A stretch of DNA of 32,000 nt from Vibrio vulnificus CMCP6 (GTDB taxonomy: Bacteria; Pseudomonadota; Gammaproteobacteria; Enterobacterales; Vibrionaceae). Location of the stretch: assembly GCF_000039765.1 (NCBI RefSeq), contig NC_004460.2, forward strand, positions 1,110,001 to 1,142,000. The letters run 5' to 3'. Below the pieces are notes generated by a model, which saw only the letters and a list, made by a program, of their open reading frames with translations, did no database searches and had not been told where the DNA came from. Shown piece after piece: positions 10,195 to 20,119 of this stretch. A program made the position numbers and the translations under genes. Positions within the stretch are counted from its first letter, which is position 1. Each line of letters starts with the position of its first letter.

Positions 10195-10220
10195 AAAGCG
10201 GCCTGAAACAGCCGCTTTTT
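10195..10220. terminator. Terminator between convergent genes
   Basis: AAAGCGGC-CTGAAACA-GCCGCTTT plus TT, located between convergent ORFs. Confidence 0.75.
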
Positions 10221-10240
10221 GCCATACCCCAGAGTCGATG

Positions 10241-11593
10241 TTATTCCGAAAGGCTCTCTTCTCCTTCCACCGAAACGACAGCCGATTCTGCAACATTGAC
10301 GCTTGAGGTCGCCAATGGCGTCACCGCTGAACATTGGCATTCCTGACCTTTGGCTTTGCTGTTTTTATGGGGTGCATACCAATCTTTCAGTCCATTTTCT
10401 AAGCGCGTTGCCGCCGCTTTCGGTGCCATTTTACCAAGCAGCACCGCTTGGCTTACTTCCGCCAGCTCATCCCCTAGCTTAGGCTGACCACGGGAGAGAA
10501 TTTGCGTGGCCACACGTATGGTGGAATCACATTGGTCGCGCCATTCCATCATTTCACGCGCCGCAGGATTGCTCACCTCAAAGAAGTGGTTTGAAAGCGA
10601 GAAAAAGCCCGGCAAAGAGTTGGTATAAAGCTCTGCAAACTGTGGCGTGGTCAGCCATTGCAAAAAGGCCATCGCCGCTTGCGGATTCTTACTGGCCGGA
10701 TTCATCCCCATGCCGATGTCGGTATGGTCAGTGAAAAAACAGCCATCGCCCTGATTGGCGACCGGTGGCGGCATCACGCCAAAGTCGAGTTTGTCGGTAA
10801 AAGGGGCGATCTCCCACGAGCCTGCGACATAAAACGCCGCCTTGCCGGAAGTAAACAGGTCATTGGTGGCCCCATAATCTCGGTTTTCCCCACCCGTTCC
10901 TAAGTAGCGACGCCAACGCGCCAGTTCTTCAAACACCTGCACGTATTGTCCATCATCTAAACGCTCTTGACCATTAATCAGCGCTAAGCGGCCATCTTCA
11001 CCTTTCCAGTAATTCGGCCCAATGTTTTGAAAGCCCAATTCGGACGACACCCAACTCTCGCTGCCGCTCATCGCCAAAGGTACATAACGCCCATCTGCTT
11101 TCACTTTGTCGAGGACAGAGAAAAATTGCTCACGCGTTTTTGGCACACTCAAACCAAGCTGATTGAAAATCTGCTTGTTATAAAAGAAACCGTGAATCAC
11201 CGATGCCATTGGTACACAAAACGTTTGCGCGCCAGAATCGGTTTGCCAAGGTGCTTGTGCAAAGCTCGGGAAATTCTCCATCCCAGCCATTTCGGTAATC
11301 TCGGCCAGATGCCCCGCTTTAAAGAGCGCTAAGGAATCATCAAAAGGACGGCAAGTAATTAAATCACCCGCTTTGCCTGCTTTAAGGTTTTCCCACAACG
11401 TCGGCATGTAGTTGACGTTTTTCACAGGACGAAAGGTCACTTTGATGCCCGGATGTGAAGCTTCAAACGCTGGAATGATTTTCTGCTCCCACAGCGCCTT
11501 GTCATCCGCTCGCCAACTTTCAATCACCAACTCACTTGCTATGACTTGGCTACACACTAGGAGACCCAGCGCTCCAATCCACTTGTTGATCAT
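10241..11593 (-). CDS. Extracellular sugar-type solute-binding protein (ABC SBP family 1), no permease nearby
   Basis: Signal peptide, GIKVTFRPVKNVNYMPTLWENLKAGKAGDLITCRP, FTSGKAAFYVAGSWEI, MAFLQWLTTPQFAELY. Confidence 0.87.
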   Translation of the reverse strand: MINKWIGALGLLVCSQVIASELVIESWRADDKALWEQKIIPAFEASHPGIKVTFRPVKNVNYMPTLWENLKAGKAGDLITCRPFDDSLALFKAGHLAEITEMAGMENFPSFAQAPWQTDSGAQTFCVPMASVIHGFFYNKQIFNQLGLSVPKTREQFFSVLDKVKADGRYVPLAMSGSESWVSSELGFQNIGPNYWKGEDGRLALINGQERLDDGQYVQVFEELARWRRYLGTGGENRDYGATNDLFTSGKAAFYVAGSWEIAPFTDKLDFGVMPPPVANQGDGCFFTDHTDIGMGMNPASKNPQAAMAFLQWLTTPQFAELYTNSLPGFFSLSNHFFEVSNPAAREMMEWRDQCDSTIRVATQILSRGQPKLGDELAEVSQAVLLGKMAPKAAATRLENGLKDWYAPHKNSKAKGQECQCSAVTPLATSSVNVAESAVVSVEGEESLSE

Positions 11594-11601
11594 ACGCCCT
11601 C

Positions 11602-13587
11602 CTAAACCTTGAAATGTGCAATCAGTTGTTGCTGTTTGGCCGCTAAATCCGCCAACACTTCGCTGCTGCTGGCCGACTCTCTCGCTTCACGCTCTGTCTC
11701 GTGCGCCACTTCTGAAATGCCCGTCACGTGGTGTGCAACGCTCTGGCTCACTAAAATCTGCTCTTGTGCGGCATGCGCCACTTGATCGGCCATCTCTTTG
11801 ATCGCGCTCATGCGCTCGGCGATCGATTGCAGCGCCGTGTCCATCTCTCGCGTCTGCTCCACACAAGTTCGCGTTTGATCTTGGCTGCGTCCCATCACCT
11901 CAACCACTTCCTTACTGGAGTGCTGAAGGTTCTCAATCATTTTCTGGATCTCTTCGGTTGAGGTTTGCGTGCGTGTTGCGAGGGCACGAACTTCATCGGC
12001 CACCACCGCAAAACCGCGCCCTGCATCCCCCGCACGCGCCGCTTCGATCGCCGCGTTGAGTGCCAGTAAGTTGGTTTGCTCCGCGATGCCACGAATCACG
12101 TCCAAAATGCTGCCAATGTTGTTACTGAACTCACCCAGCTTGTGCGTGATACCCACAGCGGCTTCCATGTCATGAGCCAGCTGCTCGGTGATTTTGCGCG
12201 TGTTGGCCACTTTCTGGCGGCCACTTTTCGCTTCGGCATCGGCACGATCCACTTCATCTTTCGCCCCATCGGTGGAGCGAGCCACCTCAGTTGCGCTCAC
12301 CTCTAGCTCGGTAATTGCCGCAGCCACTTGATCTGTCTGGCTTTTCTGCTCTTGCACCCGCGCCATGGCCCGCTCGCTGATTTCCGCCGAACGGCTCGCT
12401 TCATCCACTAAGTGACGAGAACCGGCGGTAATTTGCGACAATAATTCCCCCGTTTTGTCCGCCAACATGTCAATGGAGCGTGAAAGCTCACCAAACTCAC
12501 AGCCCGTTTGATAATTGATGCGCCGCGTCATATCCCCTTTGGCCATGTAGGCGAGCTCTTTGTTGATCTTCTGTAGTGGGTTTTTGATGCTCATTGCGGT
12601 GGTATAACCGATGATCAAAGCCACGGCGGCAGAAATCGCCGAGACCGCCATGATCCAGAAGTTGGCACTGCTCACCGCTTCATCCGCCAACGTTCGGCTT
12701 CTCTCTGCAATGGTGCCCGCCGCTCTGGCCATGTCATCCAATTTTGCCAAGCTGTTGGAAAGGCTGGTATCCACCTGCTGGTTTTGAATCACAAGATCGT
12801 TTTCCAGTTGCTGAGCTCGGCGCATGGTTTCAAGTAAGCCTTGCTTACCCAGCGCCAGCTCTTGCAAGCGATTGAGGTTCGCCACATAGCGTGCTTTGAC
12901 ATCTTCTGGCACTAATACGCGCTCAAGGCGTTTACGCGCCATCTCAATATCTTTACTCAGTACCTTCTCGAGTGCATTGAGATCGGTTTTAGCGTCGGCA
13001 CGGCGAATATTTTTCAGATCTCGCGCAATCCCAGAGGTGATCAATTCCGCTTTATTGCGCATGGAGCGTTGGCTAGAGCTCTGTTGCAAAAGCAAATCCG
13101 CTGCCCATTGGTAAGTATCTTCAAGACGAATAAACGCAATTTCGAGCTCACGACGTTTGACTAAGGCATCCACCCACTCGCCATGTTTCGCCAGCACCTT
13201 ATCCGAATCGGCGTAAAACTGATTGGTTGCCTGCAACACTTGCTGGAACTGCGCTTGGCTTTCTTCTGCCGAGGTAAACTGGTTCATCTCTTGGCTTAAC
13301 TCACGAAAACGTGCCTGCTGAGATTTAAATCGACTCGAGAGTTGTGGCAACTCTGCCGCCTCCTCGCTGGCTCGATACTCCAAAACCCAGCGGTTACTCT
13401 CTTGCAGTGCTTCCTTCAGCCCAGCGACCGCCACCACCAAGGGTGTCGCGCGATCAGAAACTTCAGACAAACCGTCATTAATCCCTTGAATTTTAAGGGT
13501 ACTGATGACCCCCAACAGGATGAGCAAAAGGAGCATTAACACGAATCCAGCGGAGATCCGCTGCACGATAGATAAGCTCATGAACAT
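11602..13587 (-). CDS. Methyl-accepting chemotaxis protein
   Basis: Two TM segments flanking a long periplasmic helical domain; hallmark hairpin [52 protein letters not shown]. Confidence 0.95.
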   Translation of the reverse strand: MFMSLSIVQRISAGFVLMLLLLILLGVISTLKIQGINDGLSEVSDRATPLVVAVAGLKEALQESNRWVLEYRASEEAAELPQLSSRFKSQQARFRELSQEMNQFTSAEESQAQFQQVLQATNQFYADSDKVLAKHGEWVDALVKRRELEIAFIRLEDTYQWAADLLLQQSSSQRSMRNKAELITSGIARDLKNIRRADAKTDLNALEKVLSKDIEMARKRLERVLVPEDVKARYVANLNRLQELALGKQGLLETMRRAQQLENDLVIQNQQVDTSLSNSLAKLDDMARAAGTIAERSRTLADEAVSSANFWIMAVSAISAAVALIIGYTTAMSIKNPLQKINKELAYMAKGDMTRRINYQTGCEFGELSRSIDMLADKTGELLSQITAGSRHLVDEASRSAEISERAMARVQEQKSQTDQVAAAITELEVSATEVARSTDGAKDEVDRADAEAKSGRQKVANTRKITEQLAHDMEAAVGITHKLGEFSNNIGSILDVIRGIAEQTNLLALNAAIEAARAGDAGRGFAVVADEVRALATRTQTSTEEIQKMIENLQHSSKEVVEVMGRSQDQTRTCVEQTREMDTALQSIAERMSAIKEMADQVAHAAQEQILVSQSVAHHVTGISEVAHETEREARESASSSEVLADLAAKQQQLIAHFKV

Positions 13588-14104
13588 ATCCTCACTGATG
13601 CATGAAAAGATAAATTAAACATAGTTGTGATTTGCCAAACTGGTGGGAAGAAGATCAAGATTTGTGATGTTTGAGAGTGTTGGTAAGAGAAGGGTTATTA
13701 CAACGAAAGCTTACACGGTAAGAGAAGGACGTCGACTAGCTCTTCTAATGATTTGTTTATTTTATACTGCCAATTATCAACACGCTTTATGATCAGATGA
13801 TAGCCATCATTGCTCAACAATAAAGCAAGTTATGCAATTTTACGCTGACGAAAAATCCACCTCTTCAAAAAAAATCATTCATAGACAATAAAAAACAAGC
13901 GAAGCGAATTTCCTCTCGAATTTTAGTTATTAGATCTACGTTCATAACATCATTCAACGTTAGCTTTTTCTAATTTTCAAACCTGAGAAAAATACAGATA
14001 TATATGCCCGTTCAATCATATTTATCTTGCTGATGATAACCATTCGCATAATAATCATAAGGTCATGTTTTAATGGCATTTTTTAAGAGAGATTAATAAA
14101 GAAA

Positions 14105-14833
14105 ATGAAAAAATATTTAAGCTTGTTAATGACAATAACATTGTCAATCGCATTATCGGGCTGTAATGGTTCTTCTGATTCTTCATCAGAGTTAGCAGAA
14201 AGTTACGATGGTGTTTATAAAGATAAAAACGGGGAGTCGCTTTTTTATAGCTCGAATGAAGATGCGATCTATTTATATAGACCACCACAACAATACAAGG
14301 ATGGTTATATTAGCAGCTCAAATCGTAGCATTGTGGTCGACAACAATTTAATTGGTCCTTATATAGATACGAACCATTTCGTGAAATCGGAACTTGGCGA
14401 CTACTATCATTACCAAAACTCCACCGTTCAGTTTCATTTTTCAAAGGGTAATGTGTCCGCACTAGTCAAAGATGAGGGTGACAGAACACTTGTTGACACC
14501 ACGTACACCAAACTGCCAACACTCGCTGATTTTGATCTGATGTATCAAAGCTATGCGGATTGGGAGCGTATGACACTCATCTTCTCTAATGATGATCGTA
14601 TGTTTGCTCAATTGGACTTTATGCTGACGTGCCAATTAAATGCTGATGTAAAGAGGATGTCGAACTTCTATCGTGTCTCTAATGGTGCAATAACCTGCAA
14701 TGATCCAAACGATCCACGTATCGACTCAAATATGCACGGCGTTATCTATAAGGTGGCGGAAGACAGCCGAGCTATCGTCATTGTGCAAGGAAAACGTTGG
14801 ACATATCGTACGACTTTCCAAACCGTTTATTAA
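14105..14833 (+). CDS. Hypothetical lipoprotein
   Basis: Lipobox in MKKYLSLLMTITLSIALSGCNGSSDSSS; no recognisable domain. Confidence 0.7.
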   Translation: MKKYLSLLMTITLSIALSGCNGSSDSSSELAESYDGVYKDKNGESLFYSSNEDAIYLYRPPQQYKDGYISSSNRSIVVDNNLIGPYIDTNHFVKSELGDYYHYQNSTVQFHFSKGNVSALVKDEGDRTLVDTTYTKLPTLADFDLMYQSYADWERMTLIFSNDDRMFAQLDFMLTCQLNADVKRMSNFYRVSNGAITCNDPNDPRIDSNMHGVIYKVAEDSRAIVIVQGKRWTYRTTFQTVY

Positions 14834-14836
14834 TCG

Positions 14837-14858
14837 AAAAGGGGCATCAGCCCCTTTT
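14837..14858 (+). terminator. Rho-independent terminator
   Basis: AAAAGGGGC-ATCA-GCCCCTTTT immediately after the lipoprotein stop. Confidence 0.85.
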
Positions 14859-14899
14859 CATATTCTTATCTTTACTCTGTCTTTCACACCAAGCTCAGA

Positions 14900-15385
14900 T
14901 TACTCATCACGCAGCAAAGCTTTTGCGAGTAAAGAAAGCGCTGCCGAAAGTAACACAATGTCTTTAAGCAAGAATTGTCCCGGCACAACCGAAATGGCAG
15001 GGAATCCGCCTAGGCTCGCTTCAGCAATAGGAGCAGTAAACAAGAAGCTGGTTGTTACAGCAAAAGTCAATGTTGCGCTGGCGGCTCCAAGTATCGCAAA
15101 GCCACGATGAACTGGGGCTAACAGTAGCGCAACCGCCGTCGCCACTTCCACAAAACCAATGAGGTTTGATGCGCCTTGCAAGCTAAACACGCTATACAAC
15201 CAGCTAGTCAGAGGGCTTGAAGCCACTAAACCTTCAATAGCACCCGCTTCGTAGCTGGTAAACTTCATCGCCCCTATCCATGCAAGTACGATGACGATGG
15301 AAAAACGCACCGCTTGATCTGCAAACTGGTTGAGTGAATGGGCAAATTCGCTGCGATTTTGATGAGTATTGATGAGCGTTGACAT
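14900..15385 (-). CDS. DUF417 (YkgB/RclC-like) inner-membrane protein
   Basis: RFSIVIVLAWIGAMKFTSYEAGAIEGLVASSPLTSWLYSVFS...SFLFTAPIAEASLGGFPAISVVPGQFLLKDIVLL is typical of this family. Confidence 0.85.
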   Translation of the reverse strand: MSTLINTHQNRSEFAHSLNQFADQAVRFSIVIVLAWIGAMKFTSYEAGAIEGLVASSPLTSWLYSVFSLQGASNLIGFVEVATAVALLLAPVHRGFAILGAASATLTFAVTTSFLFTAPIAEASLGGFPAISVVPGQFLLKDIVLLSAALSLLAKALLRDE

Positions 15386-15429
15386 AGTGTTCTCCTTTCA
15401 ATTCTGATTTTTATTCAATAGGTAATGAT

Positions 15430-15699
15430 TTAGTGACGGATTGCTTGGCTACGTAGAATCTTCTCAAATCGGCCTTTTCGGATTGCTGTGATAAGGTCTT
15501 GATTCCCGCCAACATGCACATCGCCGACAAAAATTTGCGGCACCGTTCTGCGTTGGCTGCGATTTAGCATCTCGTTAAACAGTGCTTGGTCATCGCTGAC
15601 TTCGATTTCTCGATAAACCAACCCCATGCTCGCCAAGGTCTGTTTGGCTGCTTTACAGTGTGGGCAGTAGCTTTTGGTGTAGATTTCAATCTTTGGCAT
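15430..15699 (-). CDS. Glutaredoxin (GrxC-like)
   Basis: YTKSYCPHCKAAKQTL with C-P-H-C active site; TVPQIFVGDVHVGG. Confidence 0.92.
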   Translation of the reverse strand: MPKIEIYTKSYCPHCKAAKQTLASMGLVYREIEVSDDQALFNEMLNRSQRRTVPQIFVGDVHVGGNQDLITAIRKGRFEKILRSQAIRH

Positions 15700-15813
15700 G
15701 GTCTTGCTCCCGTGTGTTTCGCTATGGGTTTAATTTAGCGCTTGCCACTCGTACTATCTATGCACAATAATCTTGAATTAATACATCGATCGTATATTCA
15801 TAGGAGGCAATAC

Positions 15814-16662
15814 ATGGAAGTGATGAGCGATATTCTTCGAGCAATACGCGTTGTCGGCAGTGTGTATTTTTGCAGTCAGGTCGAAGCACCGTGGACCAAA
15901 ACCTTCAACGATTTGGATCACGCCAGCTTTCACATGATCCGCCGTGGTGCCTGTTGGGCCAATGTGGATGGGCGTATCGAACAGCTGAACGCGGGCGATC
16001 TTATCTTTCTCGGCCCCGGGCAAAATCACCTTCTCTCCAGTCAATCACCTGAAAAAGGGAAATCCGATTTAACCGAATCGACACTGCTTTTATGTGGTTC
16101 CTTTAGCTTTACACGCACAGCGACCACACCGCTGCTGGATGTATTTCCGCGCGTCACCATCGTTCGTGATCAAGATTTGGCGAAATACCCTTGGCTACGC
16201 AGCACCTTTGACCAATTAAGTTCAGAGTATCTTTCACAAGGGCCTGGTTCAGAGCTTATCGTCAATAAGCTCACCGAAATCATTTTGGTCGAGCTGATTC
16301 GGATTAATTTTGGACGTGAGCAAACCAGTCCCTTTTTGGAAGCACTCAACGACAAACGCATCTCTCGAGCACTGCAGCTTCTCCATGACCATCCGGAAAC
16401 TGGCTGGACATTGGAAACCGTCGCCAATCAAATTGGTATGTCACGCGCGGCATTTGCCAATCGCTTTTCAAGCTTGGTTGGTAAACCGATGTTTGAGTAT
16501 TTAACCAATCTGCGAATGCAAAAAGCACAAGAATTACTACTCGAATCCTTGCTGCCGATTGACGAGATTGCCGAACAAGTAGGGTACGAATCTGAGCGAG
16601 CATTCACACTGACGTTTAAAAAACACACCGGCACCACACCGAAGCGTTTTCGGGCTCAGTAG
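15814..16662 (+). CDS. AraC-family regulator with N-terminal cupin domain (RclR-like)
   Basis: Cupin-type N-terminus, C-terminal HTH pair LETVANQIGMSRAAFANRFSSLVGKPMFEYL ... IDEIAEQVGYESERAFTLTFKKHTGTTPKRFR. RBS TAGGAGGCAA before ATG 15814. Confidence 0.88.
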   Translation: MEVMSDILRAIRVVGSVYFCSQVEAPWTKTFNDLDHASFHMIRRGACWANVDGRIEQLNAGDLIFLGPGQNHLLSSQSPEKGKSDLTESTLLLCGSFSFTRTATTPLLDVFPRVTIVRDQDLAKYPWLRSTFDQLSSEYLSQGPGSELIVNKLTEIILVELIRINFGREQTSPFLEALNDKRISRALQLLHDHPETGWTLETVANQIGMSRAAFANRFSSLVGKPMFEYLTNLRMQKAQELLLESLLPIDEIAEQVGYESERAFTLTFKKHTGTTPKRFRAQ

Positions 16663-16699
16663 AGAGCAAATGAATTGTCAAAGCGATAGGATAATGAGA

Positions 16700-16710
16700 G
16701 GCATTGAGGT
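16700..16710. repeat. Left copy of 11-bp target-site duplication GGCATTGAGGT
   Basis: Identical to 18141-18151, directly abutting the IS ends. Confidence 0.9.
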
Positions 16711-18140
16711 TAATGCCGATCAGTTAAGAGATAAATGATCGGTTGAACGATCCTGCAGATGGCTTATAAAGGCTCTAAGTTTCTAAAACTTTGAGCCTTT
16801 TATTTTGCAATTAACTACAGCCCTAACACTCGCCAATCGTTATGCCCCCAATACTGAACAACTTGGAAAACTCAGTGACATTCTTTGCCCTGATTTCATC
16901 AACCAATGCTTAGAAGCTTCTGGTGTGGCCACTATTCGTAAACGTCGTATCCCTCTCGACATGGCCGTTTGGGCGGTCGTTGCTATGTCGCTTTACCGAC
17001 AAGAGCCTTTGTGGTCAATTGTCTCCAAAGCGCAATTAATGTTGCCCGGGAAGCGAAGTCTGGTTGCCCCTAGTGCTATCGTTCAAGCGAGACAACGGCT
17101 CGGGGCTGATGCAATGAAAGAAGTATTTCATCAAAGCCAGAGCTTATGGAATGAAACAGCTGACCATCCGACTTGGTGTGGATTAAAACTCCTCGCTGTC
17201 GATGGCGTGGTATGGCGAACGCCAGACACTAAGGAAAACCGTGATGCGTTTCAATCTGCGTCAAATCAGAATGGTGAAGGTAGCTTTCCTCAGGTGCGTA
17301 TGGTTTGCCAGATGGAGTTGACCAGTCACATGCTGGTCGCCAGTGCTTTCGCGAGTTACAAAACCAATGAGATGATATTGGCGGAACAGTTGATTGAAAC
17401 AACACCAGACTACAGCCTCACAATGTTCGACAGAGGTTTTTACTCTCTTAGCCTTCTTCATCGTTGGGCAAATACAGGTAATGAAAGGCATTGGCTAATG
17501 CCAATGCGCAAGAATACCCAATTTACTGAAGTTAGAAAGCTGGGTCGCAATGATCGGATTGTCGAACTCAAGACAACGCCTCAAGCGAGAAAGAAGTCCC
17601 TGTCACTACCTGAAACCATCGAAGTTCGCCTGATAAAGAAAACTATCAAAGGGAAAGAAGTGAGTATCTTGACCTCGATGACTGATCATCGTCGTTATCC
17701 GCCAGCGGAAATAGCAGAGCTTTACAGTCATAGATGGGAAATCGAAGTGGGATATCGTGAAATGAAGTCTTCACTTCTGAACAACGAGTTCACACTGAGA
17801 AGCAAGAAGCCAGAGATGGTAAAACAAGAACTATGGGGCTTATTACTTAGCTATAACATTATTAGATATCAGATGGTTAACATGGCTAAAGCTGTGCCAG
17901 GCATCTACCCCAACCAACTGAGCTTCACAACGTGTGCTCACTCTATCATTCACGTAATTTTGGGGTTCTGGTTGGAGTCAGCGGGAACAATCCCTAAGCG
18001 CATTACTCACTTGCAAGAGGAGGCGATACACCATGTCTTGTCCATTAAACGAGAAGAGCGGATATATCCGAGAGCAATAAAACCAAAGGCAAAGAAATAC
18101 CCCAATAAAAAAAGCCAGTCAGCTTAACTGACTGGCATTA
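16711..18140 (+). mobile_element. Complete IS4-family insertion sequence, about 1430 bp
   Basis: Terminal IRs TAATGCCGATCAGTTAAG (16711-16728) and the reverse complement of CTTAACTGACTGGCATTA (18123-18140), 16/18 identical. Flanked by 11-bp direct repeat GGCATTGAGGT. Confidence 0.93.
16805..18127 (+). CDS. IS4-family DDE transposase
   Basis: 440 aa; [39 protein letters not shown] (the Y-(2)-R-(3)-E-(6)-K signature of IS4 transposases). Confidence 0.95.
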   Translation: MQLTTALTLANRYAPNTEQLGKLSDILCPDFINQCLEASGVATIRKRRIPLDMAVWAVVAMSLYRQEPLWSIVSKAQLMLPGKRSLVAPSAIVQARQRLGADAMKEVFHQSQSLWNETADHPTWCGLKLLAVDGVVWRTPDTKENRDAFQSASNQNGEGSFPQVRMVCQMELTSHMLVASAFASYKTNEMILAEQLIETTPDYSLTMFDRGFYSLSLLHRWANTGNERHWLMPMRKNTQFTEVRKLGRNDRIVELKTTPQARKKSLSLPETIEVRLIKKTIKGKEVSILTSMTDHRRYPPAEIAELYSHRWEIEVGYREMKSSLLNNEFTLRSKKPEMVKQELWGLLLSYNIIRYQMVNMAKAVPGIYPNQLSFTTCAHSIIHVILGFWLESAGTIPKRITHLQEEAIHHVLSIKREERIYPRAIKPKAKKYPNKKSQSA

Positions 18141-18151
18141 GGCATTGAGGT
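18141..18151. repeat. Right copy of 11-bp target-site duplication GGCATTGAGGT
   Basis: Identical to 16700-16710. Confidence 0.9.
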
Positions 18152-18288
18152 CATTTAATTGTTTCTCTGCTCACCTATTTCATAAGTCGTTACATAACTT
18201 GGCACATTAACGCTTTACATCTGGAGTTGGGGAAGGAACACTGCCCCTCAACGTAAAATCGCAGCCGATAACATAGAGTCAGAAAAAT

Positions 18289-18984
18289 ATGAGTAACACG
18301 ACGGCGAAAAAATCGAATCCCCTTGTCGAGATCCTTTTTAACGTATTTGTCCCTTCATTCATCTTGATGAAATTCAGCGGAGAAGAACACCTAGGAACAG
18401 CACTTGCCCTTGTGGTCGCCTTGTTGTTTCCCATTGTTTATGGTGGCATGGACCTGATCCGCAACAAAAAATTCAACTTCATCTCCGCCCTTGGCTTTGT
18501 CAGTGTATTGCTGACTGGCGGCATCGGTTTGCTGGAACTGGATACAAAATGGCTCGCCCTAAAAGAAGCGTTGATCCCAGGTTTGATCGGCTTCGCGGTA
18601 TTTGGCTCGACCTTTACACGCTACCCGTTAATGCAGAAGATGGTGCTCAACGACACCGTATTGAACCTTGATTTGATCACCCAGCGTCTCAAAGAAAGAG
18701 GCAAAACAGACGCCTTCGAGCGCTGTTTAATGTCGTCCAACTACCTGTTCGCCAGTACCTTTGCTTTTTCTTCTGTGATGAACTATTTCCTTGCCACTTG
18801 GATTGTCACCAGCCCGGCAGGCACCGTGGAATTCAATGAAGAGCTCGGTAAGCTGACCTTATACAGCTACCCCGTGATTGCCATTCCGAGCATGTTGATG
18901 ATGTTTGGTATTTTTTATTACGTTTGGCGCCAGATTCGCTCGATGACATCACTGGAAACCGAGCAGATTTTTCATACGAAATGA
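18289..18984 (+). CDS. VC0807-like integral membrane protein
   Basis: 231 aa multi-TM: NPLVEILFNVFVPSFILMKFSG...ALALVVALLFPIVYGGMDLIRNKKFNFISALGFVSVLLTGGIGL. Confidence 0.7.
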   Translation: MSNTTAKKSNPLVEILFNVFVPSFILMKFSGEEHLGTALALVVALLFPIVYGGMDLIRNKKFNFISALGFVSVLLTGGIGLLELDTKWLALKEALIPGLIGFAVFGSTFTRYPLMQKMVLNDTVLNLDLITQRLKERGKTDAFERCLMSSNYLFASTFAFSSVMNYFLATWIVTSPAGTVEFNEELGKLTLYSYPVIAIPSMLMMFGIFYYVWRQIRSMTSLETEQIFHTK

Positions 18985-19083
18985 TCTGTAAGTGGGATTG
19001 TTTACTGAGCCTAACGGGATGGCGGCAGCCAAAGCCTCATCCACGGGCTAAACGCGGTAAATAATCCCCAATTTTCACCCAAC

Positions 19084-20004
19084 TCAGCACGCCAACTGCC
19101 CATTTAGCCATTCAATAAACGCCGCGTTTTTTGGCCTGTGTTGTTGGCCGTTTAAACAAATCAAATCGTACCCTCTCCCTGCGTGGACGCGTTCAAAAGG
19201 CGCGACGAGCTCTCCCTTTTCCAAACTGGCTTGCACCAAAGATGCCCGTGCCATTGCGATGCCCATGCTGTTTTTGGCGGCAATCATCGCCATATCGGCA
19301 TGGTTAAAAAGGTAGGTTTTCTCCATCACATTAAGCGATTTCAACTCAGGGTTGCTTTGGCTTGCTAACCAGCTCTGCCATTCATGATTTGGCTCATTTG
19401 CTTCTAGTGATTCGGTGCAATGGATAAAAGTCACGGCTTCAAATTGGCTGACACTACTCATGCCATCGGAGAAATGTATTTGGCTGTATTCAGGGCTACA
19501 AACTGGCATCAACTCTTCATTAAATAACCTTTGATGACGGAAACCCGGATGCTCGCTGTCACTGTAGTAAATCGCAATATCAACGGGCTCATGTAAGAAA
19601 TCTAATCGGCTTGCCTTTACTCGAAGCTTGATATTGAGAGAAGGATACAAACGCTGAAATTCCACCATACGCGGCAGTAACCAACTCTGTGCAAACGTGG
19701 GGGCCACGCCAATGTAAAGCTCGCCACGAAGCTCGTTGAATTTGATGTCTTCAAGCTCAGAGAAAATCACCTCAAACGATTGGTTAAGCGCGTGCAGCAA
19801 TCGCTCTCCTTCTTTGGTCAGCTCTAATCGCCGCGTCATGCGCACAAACAAGCTGAACCCCAATTGTTCTTCCAGTGACTTAATGCGCTGGCTCACTGCC
19901 CCTTGGGTAATAAACAACTCTTCAGCGGCTTTGGTAAAACTGAGACACTTACCAGCAACGGCGAAAGTGTACATATTGGAGAGCATCTGCTGTTTTCTGT
20001 CCAT
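19084..20004 (-). CDS. LysR-family regulator, DsdC/GcvA-like
   Basis: MLSNMYTFAVAGKCLSFTKAAEELFITQGAVSQRIKSLEEQLGFSLFVRMTRRLELTKEG. Start within the 20019 ORF uncertain. Confidence 0.88.
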   Translation of the reverse strand: MDRKQQMLSNMYTFAVAGKCLSFTKAAEELFITQGAVSQRIKSLEEQLGFSLFVRMTRRLELTKEGERLLHALNQSFEVIFSELEDIKFNELRGELYIGVAPTFAQSWLLPRMVEFQRLYPSLNIKLRVKASRLDFLHEPVDIAIYYSDSEHPGFRHQRLFNEELMPVCSPEYSQIHFSDGMSSVSQFEAVTFIHCTESLEANEPNHEWQSWLASQSNPELKSLNVMEKTYLFNHADMAMIAAKNSMGIAMARASLVQASLEKGELVAPFERVHAGRGYDLICLNGQQHRPKNAAFIEWLNGQLAC

Positions 20005-20119
20005 CTTGGCACTCAACATAAATTAGAAAGGCTAATGCATAGCAAGTTTAAATTGGTTTGTATAGCGAATCACGATGCTTTTAAATCAAACTGTCTTATC
20101 CATAACGAGAAACAGCACG

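Noticed and set aside
10658-13539. Multiple 60-101 aa ORFs opposite or within the binding protein and MCP genes
   Set aside because: Shadow ORFs of strong CDSs.
15765-15805. Imperfect inverted sequence TGAATTAATACATCGATCGTATATTCA before the AraC gene
   Set aside because: Symmetry is poor beyond the outer 5 bp; cannot be distinguished from AT-rich promoter sequence by eye.
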